A stretch of 64,000 nucleotides of DNA, taken from assembly GCA_963829055.1 (NCBI GenBank), contig CAWHHI010000016.1:448001-512000 (forward strand). Direction: 5' to 3'. The stretch comes from an uncultured Gemmatimonadaceae bacterium. Lineage in GTDB: Bacteria > Gemmatimonadota > Gemmatimonadetes > Gemmatimonadales > Gemmatimonadaceae. Shown piece after piece: positions 42,533 through 56,373 of the stretch. Each line of letters begins with the position of its first letter. The first letter of the stretch is position 1. The notes under the pieces are model-generated. The model was not told where the DNA came from. It did no database searches and saw nothing but the letters and a program-made list of their open reading frames with translations. A program made the translations under genes and the position numbers.

Positions 42533-43936
42533 GTGACACCGAAGGTCAAGACAGTCTACCGCTGCACCGAGTGTGGCGCCGATCATCCGAAGTGGGCTGG
42601 CCGGTGCGATGTGTGCGGCGAGTGGAACACGCTCGTCGAGGAAACCGCCGCGCCGAAGGTGCGCGCGGCGTTCGGCGGCGGGAACGCGCGGCGTGTCGGC
42701 GGCCATGAATCGTTAGGCGCCGGCGGAACGGTGGTCGAGACGACGCGCATCAGTCACGTCGTCGGCTCCGAATCCGCTCGCGTCCGCACCGGCATCGACG
42801 AATTCGACTTCGTCCTCGGTGGCGGCATCGTGCCGGGGTCCATGGTGCTCGTGGGCGGCGAACCGGGCATCGGCAAGTCGACGATCCTGCTGCAGGTTGC
42901 CGCGCGCGTCACGGAACGTGGTGGACTCACGCTCTATGTCACCGGCGAGGAATCGCCGCTGCAGGTCAAGCTTCGCGCGGATCGCCTCGGAGACGGCAGC
43001 GGGGAGGTGGAGCTGCTGAGCGAGACGCTGCTCGAAACCATTCTCGCCACCGCGACCGCGCGTCAGCCACGAGTCATGATCGTCGACTCGATCCAGACCG
43101 TGTTCACCGGAGATCTCGAAGGCGCGCCGGGGAACGTCGGCCAGGTACGCGAGTGCGCGGCTCGCTTGATGCGCTTCGCGAAAGAATCGGGCACCGCAGT
43201 GATCGTCGTCGGCCACGTGACCAAGGGCGGCGGCATTGCAGGGCCGAAGACGCTCGAGCACATCGTGGACACGGTGCTGTACTTCGAAGGCGACAGTGCG
43301 CTCGACCACCGCGTGCTCAGAGCGACGAAGAATCGGTTCGGAAGTGTCGACGAGATCGGCGTGTTCCGCATGAGCGAGAGTGGACTCTCGCCGGTCGCGA
43401 ACCCGTCAGAGCTGTTCCTCGGCGATCGCCTAACGACCGCCTCCGGAAGCGCGGTGACGGCCCTGCTCGAGGGGACGCGACCAGTGCTGGTGGAAGTGCA
43501 GGCGCTGGCGGCGAAGGCCGGTTTCGGCACCCCACAACGCGTTGCCACGGGATACGACGGGCGTCGACTGGCGTTACTGCTCGCGGTCCTCGACAAGCGC
43601 GCAGGGCTGCCCTTCGCTCAGCTCGACGTCTTTCTGAACATCGTCGGTGGCATTGTCATGCGAGAGCCGGCGGGCGATCTCGCCGTCGCCGCATCGCTTG
43701 CGTCGAGCGTCTTCGATCGTGCGCTGCCAGCGGACGCCGTGTTTCTCGGGGAAGTCGGCCTGGGCGGTGAGATCCGCCCCGTGTCACAATCCGAGCGACG
43801 TCTCGCGGAAGCCGCGAAGATGGGGATGTCCACGGCCTACGTCTCCGAGCGTGGCGTGCCGCGTCGCACGACTGCGGGCATCAAGGCTGTTGGAGTGCGA
43901 ACCGTCAGCGATCTGTTCGCGACCTTGTTCAAATGA
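42533..43936 (+). CDS. radA: DNA repair protein RadA/Sms
   Basis: C4 zinc finger, GEPGIGKST, KNRFG. Confidence 0.97.
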   Translation: MTPKVKTVYRCTECGADHPKWAGRCDVCGEWNTLVEETAAPKVRAAFGGGNARRVGGHESLGAGGTVVETTRISHVVGSESARVRTGIDEFDFVLGGGIVPGSMVLVGGEPGIGKSTILLQVAARVTERGGLTLYVTGEESPLQVKLRADRLGDGSGEVELLSETLLETILATATARQPRVMIVDSIQTVFTGDLEGAPGNVGQVRECAARLMRFAKESGTAVIVVGHVTKGGGIAGPKTLEHIVDTVLYFEGDSALDHRVLRATKNRFGSVDEIGVFRMSESGLSPVANPSELFLGDRLTTASGSAVTALLEGTRPVLVEVQALAAKAGFGTPQRVATGYDGRRLALLLAVLDKRAGLPFAQLDVFLNIVGGIVMREPAGDLAVAASLASSVFDRALPADAVFLGEVGLGGEIRPVSQSERRLAEAAKMGMSTAYVSERGVPRRTTAGIKAVGVRTVSDLFATLFK

Positions 43937-44736
43937 ACGACGAGCACGCGCACGACGACCACCACGATGGCGGCAGGTCACCCGGGCATTTGCCGCGCGA
44001 CGCGACGCCACCCGAACTGCGACACGACGCCAGCGAGTCCGACGCCGCCCTCGCCGATGTCGGCGTTGTCATCGTCGCGGCTGGAAGCGGGAACAGAGTC
44101 GGCGGCAAAGAGCTCAAACAGTTTCGCTGGGTCGGTGGCAAGCCGATGCTGTTGCACAGCGTGCAAATGTTCCAGCAGCGTCGCGATGTTGCAATGGTCG
44201 TCTGCGTACTCCCGAAGGCGTTCGTCGGGGATCCGCCGCCGTGGTTGTTCCAGTGCGACACGGATCGATTGCTCATCTCCGTCGGCGGGCGCGAACGCAC
44301 TGAGTCCGTCGCCAATGGCCTGGAGGATCTGCCTGACGAGGTCAACATCGTGCTCGTGCACGACGCCGCGCGCCCGTTTGTCAGCTCAGCGATGGTCGAT
44401 CGAGTGATCGCCGAAGCGCGGGGTGGTCGCGGCGCTGTCGCGGCGCTGCCGGTTGTCGATACGCTCAAGGAAGTCGACGACGACGGGCGCGTGGTACGCA
44501 CAATCGAGCGGACGCGATTGTGGCGCGCACAAACGCCTCAGGGTTTTCCTCGCGATCTCATCGAGCAGGCGCACGCGCAGGCGCGAGCGGAACGCGTCGT
44601 TGCCACGGACGATGCCGCGCTGTTCGAACGCCTTGGTCTTCCGGTTGTCGTCGTTCGCGGAAGCGAGCGGGCCATGAAGATCACGGACGAGGACGACTTC
44701 GCGCGCGCCGAAGCGCTGTTCACGGTGCCAGAATGA
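43933..44736 (+). CDS. ispD: 2-C-methyl-D-erythritol 4-phosphate cytidylyltransferase
   Basis: AAGSGNR..K, VLVHDAARP, AQTPQGF, TDD, KIT. Confidence 0.95.
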   Translation: MNDEHAHDDHHDGGRSPGHLPRDATPPELRHDASESDAALADVGVVIVAAGSGNRVGGKELKQFRWVGGKPMLLHSVQMFQQRRDVAMVVCVLPKAFVGDPPPWLFQCDTDRLLISVGGRERTESVANGLEDLPDEVNIVLVHDAARPFVSSAMVDRVIAEARGGRGAVAALPVVDTLKEVDDDGRVVRTIERTRLWRAQTPQGFPRDLIEQAHAQARAERVVATDDAALFERLGLPVVVVRGSERAMKITDEDDFARAEALFTVPE

Positions 44737-45407
44737 GCCCCACCGGTCCGGCGGCAATTCCATTCTGGTCTCCGGCGGAGATCGAAGCCGCCATCGCGAA
44801 GACGATCGTCCATCTGCAGTCGGGCGGCGTGCTCGCGTATCCAACGGAAACCGTGTACGGGTTCGGTGGCGCCGTCGACCACGATTCGGTCGAGCGACTG
44901 GTGAAGCTCAAGCGTCGGCCGAGTGCGAAGCCGTTCCTGCTGCTCATCTCGAGCAGTGACATGATCTCGCGTCTTGGGCTGCATCTCACGAGCTCCGCGG
45001 CGCGGATCGCGGCGCGCCATTGGCCCGGGCCGGTGACGCTCGTCCTGCCCGGTGGCGAGCGACGCGTGCCGGCGCGGCTCCGTGGGCCAGAAGGCGGCGT
45101 CGCGGTACGCTGGACGCCGCACCCCGGACTCACGCGCTTGATTCAGGCGTACGGCGATCCCATCACGTCGACGAGCGCGAACAGACCGGGGGTACCGCCC
45201 GCAATGTCAGCGACCGAGATTTTGGAACAGTGGGGCGATGCCGTGACGCGAGGTACCATCCGCGTCCTGGACGGGGGCCGTCTCTCGCCGTCGGATCCGT
45301 CGACGGTCATCGATTGCACGGGGCAGCGGCCACGAGTCATTCGCCCCGGCGCGATTCCCGCCTCGACGTTGCGCGAGAGCGCACCGGACCTCATTGGAGA
45401 TGTGTGA
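44733..45407 (+). CDS. tsaC: L-threonylcarbamoyladenylate synthase (TsaC/Sua5)
   Basis: YPTETVYG, KRRPSAKP, WPGPVT, STSAN, PSTVID. Confidence 0.92.
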   Translation: MSPTGPAAIPFWSPAEIEAAIAKTIVHLQSGGVLAYPTETVYGFGGAVDHDSVERLVKLKRRPSAKPFLLLISSSDMISRLGLHLTSSAARIAARHWPGPVTLVLPGGERRVPARLRGPEGGVAVRWTPHPGLTRLIQAYGDPITSTSANRPGVPPAMSATEILEQWGDAVTRGTIRVLDGGRLSPSDPSTVIDCTGQRPRVIRPGAIPASTLRESAPDLIGDV

Positions 45408-45413
45408 GCGCGA

Positions 45414-45884
45414 ATGAAGATCCTGTTCGTTTGCACGGGTAACACCTGCCGCAGCGCCATGGCCGAGGCAATTGCCCGGCGTGAGGCGATCGAGCGCGGT
45501 CTGATGGACTTCGACGTATCGAGTGCTGGCACGAGCGCCTGGGACGACGCGCCGGCCTCGGACGGTTCGCTGCTCGTCGCTCTCGAGCACGGCGTCGACC
45601 TGGGTGAGCACCGAGCGCGGCAACTCACACGCGAGATCGTGGCGGACCAGGACGTCATTCTCGTGATGGGCCCGCACCATCTGGAGCGCGCGGAGGCACT
45701 CGGCGGCGAGTCGAAGTCGCATCTGCTGGCGCACTACGCGGCGCACGGGTCGAGCGACCGCGCGGTGAGCGATCCGTTTGGCGGTGACCTCGAGGTCTAC
45801 CGCGCCACGTACGAGGAGCTCGAACGCGAAATCAAGCGCGTGTTCGATCGAATCGCAGCCGAGCAGGCACCGGGCGCGTCGTGA
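45414..45884 (+). CDS. Low-molecular-weight protein phosphatase, YwlE-like
   Basis: FVCTGNTCRS P-loop, SAG, DPFGG. Confidence 0.9.
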   Translation: MKILFVCTGNTCRSAMAEAIARREAIERGLMDFDVSSAGTSAWDDAPASDGSLLVALEHGVDLGEHRARQLTREIVADQDVILVMGPHHLERAEALGGESKSHLLAHYAAHGSSDRAVSDPFGGDLEVYRATYEELEREIKRVFDRIAAEQAPGAS

Positions 45885-46687
45885 GGCCGTTGCCGGGCCG
45901 CCTCGTCCTTCTCGGGCACCCGGTCGATCACTCGTTGTCCCCGACGTTCCAAAACGCTGCGCTCTCGAGCGCAGCGTTGCCGCTCCGGTACGAAGCACTC
46001 GACGTTGCGCCCGAGCAGCTCGACACGACGCTCGACGCGCTCATCGCGGCACGCGCGTCAGGCAACGTCACGATCCCGCACAAGGAACGCGTCGCCGTAC
46101 GCTGTGCGCGCCTAACGCCGCTGGCCGAACGCGTCGGAGCGGTGAACACGTTCTGGGTCGAGGACGGCGCGCTCAGTGGCGACAACACGGACGTCGGCGG
46201 ATTTCTCGAGCTGCTCGCCGCGACCGCGCCGGATGTGGACCGCTCGCAACCTGTCGCAGTGCTTGGTGCGGGCGGAGCAGCCGCCGGCGTTCTTGCCGCA
46301 CTGGAGCAGGAGCGTTTCGACGACGTCCGTGTGTACGCGCGAACGAGAACGCGCGCCGACGCGCTGTGTGCGCGGTTTCCTGCTTCGCACGCGGTCGCCG
46401 ACCTCGGGCAAGCAATGCGTGGTGCGGCGCTCGTCGTGAACGCGACGCCGCTCGGGCTCGATGGGCAATCGTTGCCGTTCGACGTCGCACTCCTCGAACA
46501 ACGCGCGGTCGTGCTCGACCTCGTCGTGCATCGTGGCGAAACGCCGCTGGTGCGCGCCGCACGAGCGAGAGGCCATCGCGCCGCGGACGGACTGGATATG
46601 CTGCTGGGGCAAGGCGCGCTCGCGTTCGAGCGTTGGTTCGGTATCGCCCCGGATCGCGATGTCATGCGAGCATCAGTCGCGCGCTAG
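45881..46687 (+). CDS. aroE: Shikimate dehydrogenase
   Basis: HSLSP, NVTIPHKE, GAVNT, DNTD, GAGGAA, NATPLG. Confidence 0.95.
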   Translation: MRPLPGRLVLLGHPVDHSLSPTFQNAALSSAALPLRYEALDVAPEQLDTTLDALIAARASGNVTIPHKERVAVRCARLTPLAERVGAVNTFWVEDGALSGDNTDVGGFLELLAATAPDVDRSQPVAVLGAGGAAAGVLAALEQERFDDVRVYARTRTRADALCARFPASHAVADLGQAMRGAALVVNATPLGLDGQSLPFDVALLEQRAVVLDLVVHRGETPLVRAARARGHRAADGLDMLLGQGALAFERWFGIAPDRDVMRASVAR

Positions 46688-46696
46688 CACGCGATA

Positions 46697-48510
<1,814 letters not shown>

Positions 48511-48557
48511 ACGAGCCAGTCGGTAGCCATCGGCCATCAGCCATCAGCCCAAACGGC

Positions 48558-49762
48558 GTGATTTCCAAGCGAACCATCCGAGATCTCACCGACGCCGAAG
48601 TGCGCGGAAAACGTGCACTCGTGCGCGTGGACTTCAACGTGCCGCTCGATGACAGCGGCGCCGTCACGGACGACACGCGAATCCGCGCGGCGCTGCCCAC
48701 CATCGACGCGCTGGTGAGCCGCGGCGCGCGGGTTGTGTTGCTATCACATCTTGGACGTCCGAAAGGGAAAGCCCGAGGCGAAGTATTCGCTCGCGCCCGT
48801 CGCGAAGCGTCTCGGCGAGCTGACGTCGCACCCGGTGCGGTTCGTCGCTGCACTCGACGGCGACGACGCCGTCGCGGCAACGCGCGCGCTGACCGATGGG
48901 CAAATTCTGTTGCTGGAGAACACGAGATTCTCTTCCGGCGAGGAGAAGAACGACGACGCGCTCGCGCAGTCACTCGCCCGCCTCGGCGATCTCTACGTGA
49001 ACGATGCGTTCGGCGCCGCGCACCGCGCGCATTCGTCCACGGCGGGCGTCGCGAAGCACCTGCACCCAGCCGTGGCCGGCTTGCTCATGGAGAAGGAGCT
49101 CGAATACCTGGGCGCGGCGCTGACCGATCCGCAGCGGCCGTTCATCGCCGTGCTCGGTGGCTCGAAGATCTCGGGGAAGATCGACGTCATCGAGGCGTTG
49201 CTGCCGAAAGTCGACGGACTGCTCATTGGCGGCGCGATGGCGAACACGTTCTACAAGGCGATGGGGCTCGAGACGGGCAAGTCACTGGTCGAGCCGGATC
49301 GCGTCGAGCTCGCGAAGTCGTTGCTCGATCGTGCGCGCGTACCGACTGACGCTGCCTCACGACGCGATCGTGGCGGCGTCGCTGGATCAACCTAACGCCG
49401 CCCATGCCGTTCGGCGCGACGGCATTCCGCCTAACGAAGCCATGTACGACATTGGCCCGGATACGATACGGTCGTATAGCCGGGCGATCGCCACGGCGAA
49501 GACGATCCTGTGGAACGGGCCGATGGGCGTGTTCGAGAAGCCGCCGTTCGACGCCGGAACAAACGCGGTCGCGCAAGCGATGGCCGAGGCCACCGGTCGC
49601 GGCGCCACGACGATCGTCGGCGGCGGCGATTCCGCGGCGGCCGTGACGGAGGCAGGGCTCGAGAAGCGCATGAGCCACGTGTCCACTGGTGGCGGCGCCT
49701 CGCTCGAGTTCCTCGAGGGCAAGCCGCTGCCCGGGGTCGACGCCCTGGAGGATCGCCGGTGA
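48558..49762 (+). CDS. pgk: Phosphoglycerate kinase (two frameshifts)
   Basis: [42 protein letters not shown]. Confidence 0.95.
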
Positions 49763-50515
49763 TGCTTCGCAAGCCGGTGTTCGCCGCGAACTGGAAAATG
49801 AACCACGGTCCGACGGACGCGAAGGCGTTCCTCCGGACGTTTCTCGTTCATTACGCGCGTCGTACCGATCGCTCGGTCGTGTTCTTTCCGCCGGCGCTCA
49901 CGCTGCACGCCGTGACGGAGGCGCTTCGCGACCGCCCGGACATCATCGTCGGTGTGCAGAACATTCACTGGGAACCGAAAGGCGCGTTCACCGGCGAGCT
50001 CTCTGCCGCCATCGCACGGGACGCAAGCGCGCGCATGGTGCTGGTCGGCCACTCCGAGCGACGCCACATCTTCGGCGAAACGGACGAGCAGACCGGACTC
50101 AAATGCGCTGCCGTGGTCGCAGCCGGCCTAACGCCGATGCTCTGCGTCGGGGAGAAGCTCGAAGAGCGCGAGCGCGGCAGCGCCGAAGCAATTGTGATCC
50201 GTCAACTGCGGGCCGGGTTCGCCGGTGTGCAGCCGGCGCAGATCGCCAACGCGCTCGTGGCGTACGAGCCGGTGTGGGCCATCGGCACGGGGCGCACGGC
50301 CTCGCCGAGTGATGCCTCGTCGATGCACGCCGTCGTGCGCCGCGTATTGAAGGAGCTCGCCGGCGATCGCGCGGCGCACCATTCCCGTGCTCTATGGGGG
50401 AAGTGTGAGTCGCGGCAACGTCGCCGAGCTCATCGCGACGCCCGAAGTCGACGGCGTGCTCGTCGGCGGAGCGAGCCTGGACGCGGACGGGTGGGCGACG
50501 ATCGTGCGGGCTTGA
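49762..50515 (+). CDS. tpiA: Triosephosphate isomerase (frameshift near 50375)
   Basis: [42 protein letters not shown]. Confidence 0.95.
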
Positions 50516-50659
50516 GCCCAGCGGTTTTGCGGATCGGCGACCGGCGAAGAATGGACGTATGGAAATCGCTGCCACGGACGCGGTTGGGTTGACCAGCAAC
50601 ACTCGTCCCAGCGATATTACGCGGCTGCATTTCCTACCGTCCCGAACCGTCCCAAGCGC

Positions 50660-51079
50660 ATGCTGTACACGTTTCTCGTCATTCTGCTGATTCTCGACAG
50701 CGTTATTCTGGTCGTCGCCATCCTGCTCCAGAGCGGGAAGGGAGGCGGTCTCGCCGCGAGCTTCGGCGGAGCCACGTCGGCCGCGGATTCGCTGATCGGC
50801 ACTCGCCAGGCGGGGAACCTGCTCACGCGGGCGAGCTGGACCTGCGGTGGGATCTTCCTCTTCCTCGCGTTCGTGCTCCAGATCGCGTCGGCGCGCACCC
50901 GGGTTCCGGCCTCGGTGCTGGATAAGTCGTTGACCGCGCCCGCACCGGCCGCGCCGGCCCCGGTGAATCCGAAGGCGAATCCGGCGGTGCCGCTCGAGGC
51001 CGCGCCGAAGACAGCGACGCCACCAACGACGCCTCCTCCGACGACGCCGGCTCCTAAGGCGCCTCAGCCGAAGCCGTAG
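50660..51079 (+). CDS. secG: Preprotein translocase SecG
   Basis: LLQSGKGGGLAASFGG...LLTR; follows tpiA. Confidence 0.93.
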   Translation: MLYTFLVILLILDSVILVVAILLQSGKGGGLAASFGGATSAADSLIGTRQAGNLLTRASWTCGGIFLFLAFVLQIASARTRVPASVLDKSLTAPAPAAPAPVNPKANPAVPLEAAPKTATPPTTPPPTTPAPKAPQPKP

Positions 51080-51089
51080 CGGCGCTCCG

Positions 51090-52206
51090 GTGACCGACCA
51101 GCGCTCCGTACCAGGGTTCCTCCTCCTCGAGGACGGAACCCTTTTTCGCGGCCGACTCGCGACGCCGATGGCTCCGGCCGTGGCCGAGGTCGTGTTCACG
51201 ACGAACATGACCGGCTACCAGGAGGTGTATTCCGACCCCTCCTACCAAAGCCAGATCGTCGTGATGACTACGCCGATGATCGGCAACTACGGCATCAACA
51301 CGGAGGACCCCGAGTCCGCCGCGCCGCAGGTTGCCGGTGTCGTGCTCCGCGAGCTCTCGCGCAACTACTCCAACTGGAGAGCATCGGGCGACCTGCGTAG
51401 CTGGCTCACGGCGGCGAACGTGCCGATTCTCGAGGGTGTCGACACTCGGCGCCTCACGCGGCATTTCCGCTCGGTTGGCGTCATGCGCGGCGTCATCGGT
51501 CATGGAGAGACGCCGGACGCCGTGGCGCAGGCGGCGCTCGACGCGTGCCCGAGCATGGAGGGGTTGGACCTCGCGTCCCGTGTCACTACGCGTGTCGAGT
51601 ACGCGTGGGGCGACCCGCGTTCCTCCACCCACATCATCGCCTACGATTTCGGCATCAAGCGCAACATCCTGCGCCTGTTCGAAGCCGAAGGCTGCCGAGT
51701 TACCGTGGTGCCGGCAACGACGTCTGCGGCGGAAGTGCTGGAGCGATCGCCAGATGGCGTGTTCCTGAGCAATGGCCCGGGCGATCCGGCCGCCGTCGCC
51801 TACGCGCCGGAAATGATCCGCGGCATTGCCGCGGCCGGTGTTCCGATGTTCGGCATTTGCCTCGGCCACCAACTCCTTGGGCTCACGTTCGGCGGGGAGA
51901 CGGTGAAGATGTCGTACGGCCATCGGGGTGGAAATCACCCGGTCAAGGAACTCTCGAGCGGGCGCGTGCTCATCACGTCACAGAACCACGGCTTCGCCGT
52001 ACGTGGCGATGAGGCCGGTGTACCTGGTGCTCCCGAGCTCGAGGTCACCCACGTGAACCTCAATGACGGCACCGTGGAGGGGCTCAAGCACCGCGAACAG
52101 CCAATCTTCGCGGTCCAGTATCATCCCGAGGCTGCCCCTGGGCCCGCACGATGCGCGTCCGCTGTTCCACGAGTTCATGGACACAGTCCGCAAGACGCGA
52201 GTCTAG
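51090..52206 (+). CDS. carA: Carbamoyl-phosphate synthase small subunit (frameshift near the C-terminus)
   Basis: LLEDG, TNMTGYQE, SNGPGDP, FGICLGHQ, QNHGF, QYHPE. Confidence 0.95.
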
Positions 52207-52310
52207 GCCGCGTCCCGCGATCTATTAGATCGGCACGTCGGCAGGCTCTGCCACGAAAGGACGACGACGACAGCGGGTGTTTCGAGAGCCGGCTCAAGTG
52301 AGCCAAGCGC

Positions 52311-52339
52311 TTGACACACAACGTTTAACGGCCTAGTTT
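52311..52339 (+). promoter_or_regulatory. Sigma70-type promoter of the HU/IHF gene
   Basis: TTGACA-N17-TAGTTT. Confidence 0.65.
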
Positions 52340-52387
52340 CGAGCCGTTGATCATCCGTTCCGAACGCGTCTCTCTCGAGGCCCATCA

Positions 52388-52708
52388 ATGACGAAAGCCG
52401 ACTTGGTCGAGCGAGTCACCGCGCAGATTTCTCAAACTGCGGGACCGATGATCTCCAAGAAGGATTGCGCGCGCGTCGTGGATTCGTTCCTCGATGCGAT
52501 CAAAGAGGCGCTTCAACAGCAGAAGAACATTGAAGTCCGCGGGTTCGGGACGTTCAAGATCCGCCAGCGCAAAACGCGAATGGCTCGCAATCCCCGAACT
52601 GGTTCTCCTGTCGAAGTTTCCGCGCGTCCGGTCCCCGTGTTCAAGCCGTCCAAGGAGCTTCGCGCGATGGTTGCTGGCGCAGAGTACGCGGAAGAATTCG
52701 AGGACTGA
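52388..52708 (+). CDS. HU/IHF family DNA-binding protein
   Basis: MTKADLVE, IEVRGFGTF, ARNPRTG, FKPSKEL. Confidence 0.95.
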   Translation: MTKADLVERVTAQISQTAGPMISKKDCARVVDSFLDAIKEALQQQKNIEVRGFGTFKIRQRKTRMARNPRTGSPVEVSARPVPVFKPSKELRAMVAGAEYAEEFED

Positions 52709-52740
52709 CCACTCGTAAGGCGATGTGGTCGAGAGTATTG

Positions 52741-52768
52741 CCGGCGCTCCCATGCGCCGGTTTTTTTT
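52741..52768 (+). terminator. Intrinsic terminator after the HU/IHF gene
   Basis: CCGGCGC-TCCCAT-GCGCCGG followed by T8. Confidence 0.85.
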
Positions 52769-52818
52769 CGCGTATGACGGCGACCCACGTGGGCAGCGCT
52801 TATATTCGTTCACCGCTG

Positions 52819-53061
52819 ATGACCGTAACAGTTTTGCTCTTCGCCTCTTACGCCGACGCGCTCGGAACGTCCGCGATCCAGCTCGATCTGCCAGGCGGGT
52901 CGACGATTCGCGACGTTCTGGGCACGCTCGCGTCAATGCCCGGTGGGCACCGGCTGCCGCCGCGGCCCCTGGTCGCGATCAACGAGCAATACGCGACGCT
53001 GCAGTCGGAGCTCCGAGGTGGGGAGGAGGTCGCGGTCATTCCTCCGGTCGCCGGCGGCTGA
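52819..53061 (+). CDS. moaD: Molybdopterin synthase sulfur carrier
   Basis: VLLFAS...IPPVAGG C-terminal GG. Confidence 0.92.
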   Translation: MTVTVLLFASYADALGTSAIQLDLPGGSTIRDVLGTLASMPGGHRLPPRPLVAINEQYATLQSELRGGEEVAVIPPVAGG

Positions 53062-53607
53062 TGCGCGTCGCCCTGGTAGATCGCGAGATCGACGTGGCCG
53101 CCCTGATCGCCGAGGTCAGCGACCACACGTGCGGCGCATCTACTGTCTTTCTCGGCTGCGTCCGCGACGTGAACGATGGGCGTGCCGTCACAGCCATCGA
53201 ATACTCGGCGTATCGCTCCATGGCGGAGCGCCGAGATGGCCGCGATCGCGAACGAAGCGCAGGAAGCGTTTGGAGTGTCGCGATTGGTCATCGAGCATCG
53301 ACTCGGAACGCTGGCACTTGGCGAAGTCAGCGTCGCGGTGGTCGCGGCGCATCCGCATCGGGCGCCCGCGCTGGACGCAAACCGTTACGCCATCGAGGAG
53401 TTGAAGCGTCGAGTTCCCATCTGGAAGCTCGAGCACTACGTCGACGGAACGCGCGAATGGGTCGGAGCAGGAACCGGGAAGCCGCAACCAGGCACCAGCG
53501 ACCCAAGGCAGCATGGCGATTCATCGTCAGGCGACTCATCGTCAAGCGTTGACGGCCATTCCACGGGTTCGCGCTCGGACGAGGTGTCCGCCGAGGTGTT
53601 TCCATGA
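53061..53607 (+). CDS. moaE: Molybdopterin synthase catalytic subunit (frameshift near 53230)
   Basis: FLGCVRD, EYSAY, HRLG, HPHR, LKRRVPIWKLE. Confidence 0.92.
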
Positions 53608-54587
53608 ACGCGGCGCTCAAGGACCAATTCGGACGCAGCATCGAGTATCTGCGGATCTCGGTGACAGATCGCTGCAACTTCCGCTGTCTGTATTGCATGC
53701 CGGCGGAAGGGCTTCCGTGGCTGCCGAAAGCCGAGATTCTGTCGTACGAGGAAATTGCTGGCGTTGTCGGTCAGCTCGCACCGCTGGGATTACGCCGGCT
53801 GCGCATCACCGGCGGTGAGCCGACGATCCGGCCGAATCTCGAACGGCTCATACGCTTGCTTCGCGCCGTTCCGGAAATTCAGGATATCGCGCTCTCGACG
53901 AATGGCGTGAAGCTTCCGGAGCTCGCGCCCGTGCTGCAGGACGCAGGACTCGACCGCCTGAACATGAGCGCCGACAGTCTCCGGCCTGAACGCGTCGCGG
54001 CGATTGCTCGTCGGAACCTGGGGCTCGATCCCGTCGCGGCGGCCCTCGCTGCCGAGCGCGCGGGCATCGGCCCGATCAAGATCAATGTCGTGGTGATGCG
54101 CGGCATCAATGACGATGAGATCATCGACTTCGCACGCCTGACGCTCGAGCACGCGTGGCACGTGCGATTCATCGAGCTCATGCCCGTTGGTGAGATGAGC
54201 GGCCTCACGTGGGAGCACGTCGTTCCGAGCGATGAAGTGCTGTCCCGCGTCGCGACGCTGGGCGCGCTGACGCCGGACGACGGCCCCGCGCGCGGAAATG
54301 GGCCGGCGACCTACTACAAGCTGTCGTCCGGACTCGGCACGATTGGCGTGATCACGCCAATGACGCATACCTACTGTGGCACGTGCAATCGCGTCCGATT
54401 GACGGCTGACGGTCGACTCCGCACGTGCCTGTTCGGTGATCACGAAGTGCTTCTACGCGATGCCCTGCGTGCAGGCGAGCCGCTGGAGCCGTTGTTTCGC
54501 CAGGCGCTTGCCGAGAAGCCAAAGGAGCATGCGCTCCTGCAGATGAAAGTTGGCGGCCTTCGCGCGCTCTCGCAGGTCGGCGGTTGA
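53604..54587 (+). CDS. moaA: GTP 3',8-cyclase
   Basis: YLRISVTDRCNFRCLYCMP, CGTCNRVRL..C, C-terminal GG. Confidence 0.97.
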   Translation: MNAALKDQFGRSIEYLRISVTDRCNFRCLYCMPAEGLPWLPKAEILSYEEIAGVVGQLAPLGLRRLRITGGEPTIRPNLERLIRLLRAVPEIQDIALSTNGVKLPELAPVLQDAGLDRLNMSADSLRPERVAAIARRNLGLDPVAAALAAERAGIGPIKINVVVMRGINDDEIIDFARLTLEHAWHVRFIELMPVGEMSGLTWEHVVPSDEVLSRVATLGALTPDDGPARGNGPATYYKLSSGLGTIGVITPMTHTYCGTCNRVRLTADGRLRTCLFGDHEVLLRDALRAGEPLEPLFRQALAEKPKEHALLQMKVGGLRALSQVGG

Positions 54588-54649
54588 GTACGGCGCGCGT
54601 TTGTAGCTCGCTCGCGGCCGGACTAGTTTTGCCGTACCGGATCAACTAA

Positions 54650-55597
<948 letters not shown>

Positions 55598-55618
55598 GCG
55601 GGTTATCCCCAGGTTGAC

Positions 55619-56335
55619 ATGACTGCACCCTCCGCTACGGCGGTCAACGAGAAATCAGCGCGCGTCCAACCGACGCGTCCCGGCACGCTTGCCCGGTTCT
55701 GGAGCTCATCGATCGGGAAGAAGGCGGTCATGGCGGTGACCGGTTTGATCATGATCGCCTTCCTGATCGCGCACGTGTTAGGCAACCTGCAGGTGTTCGC
55801 GGGGCCGCTCAAGATCAACGAGTACTCCGCGGCGCTGCATCGCCTCGGTCCGTTGCTGTGGCTCGCTCGCGGCGGGCTGATCGTCGCCCTGGTGCTGCAC
55901 GTGATCGCCGCCTATCAGCTGACGCAGCGGACGCGGACGGCACGCCCGATCGGCTATGCCGACGCCGATCCACAGGTCTCGACATTCGCCGCACGGACGA
56001 TCCGGTGGGGCGGGGTGCTGCTGCTCGCGTTCATCGTACTGCACCTGCTGCACTTGACGTTCGGCACGATTCACCCGGCGTTCGACCGCAAGGACGTGTA
56101 CGGCAACATGATCGTGGCGTTCCAGGTGTGGTGGGTCGCGCTGCTCTATCTCCTGGCGATGATCGGGGTGGGGCTCCACCTCTACCACGGGACCTGGAGC
56201 AGCATCCGCACGCTCGGCCTAACGAGAGCGTCGGCCAACCCGCTGAAGCGGCGCGCGACAGCCGTGCTCGCGTGGGCGATCTATCTCGGCTTCTCCATTA
56301 TCCCGATTGCGGTGCTCGCCGGCATCGTCAGGTAG
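55619..56335 (+). CDS. sdhC: Succinate dehydrogenase cytochrome b subunit
   Basis: [24 protein letters not shown]. Confidence 0.92.
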   Translation: MTAPSATAVNEKSARVQPTRPGTLARFWSSSIGKKAVMAVTGLIMIAFLIAHVLGNLQVFAGPLKINEYSAALHRLGPLLWLARGGLIVALVLHVIAAYQLTQRTRTARPIGYADADPQVSTFAARTIRWGGVLLLAFIVLHLLHLTFGTIHPAFDRKDVYGNMIVAFQVWWVALLYLLAMIGVGLHLYHGTWSSIRTLGLTRASANPLKRRATAVLAWAIYLGFSIIPIAVLAGIVR

Positions 56336-56373
56336 CCGGCCGTACGCGCGATCGCTTCGAGCAAGAGACAGCG

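Noticed and set aside
52709..52818. Moco riboswitch upstream of moaD
   Set aside because: The spacer is short and explained by the HU terminator; there is no room for or resemblance to the motif.
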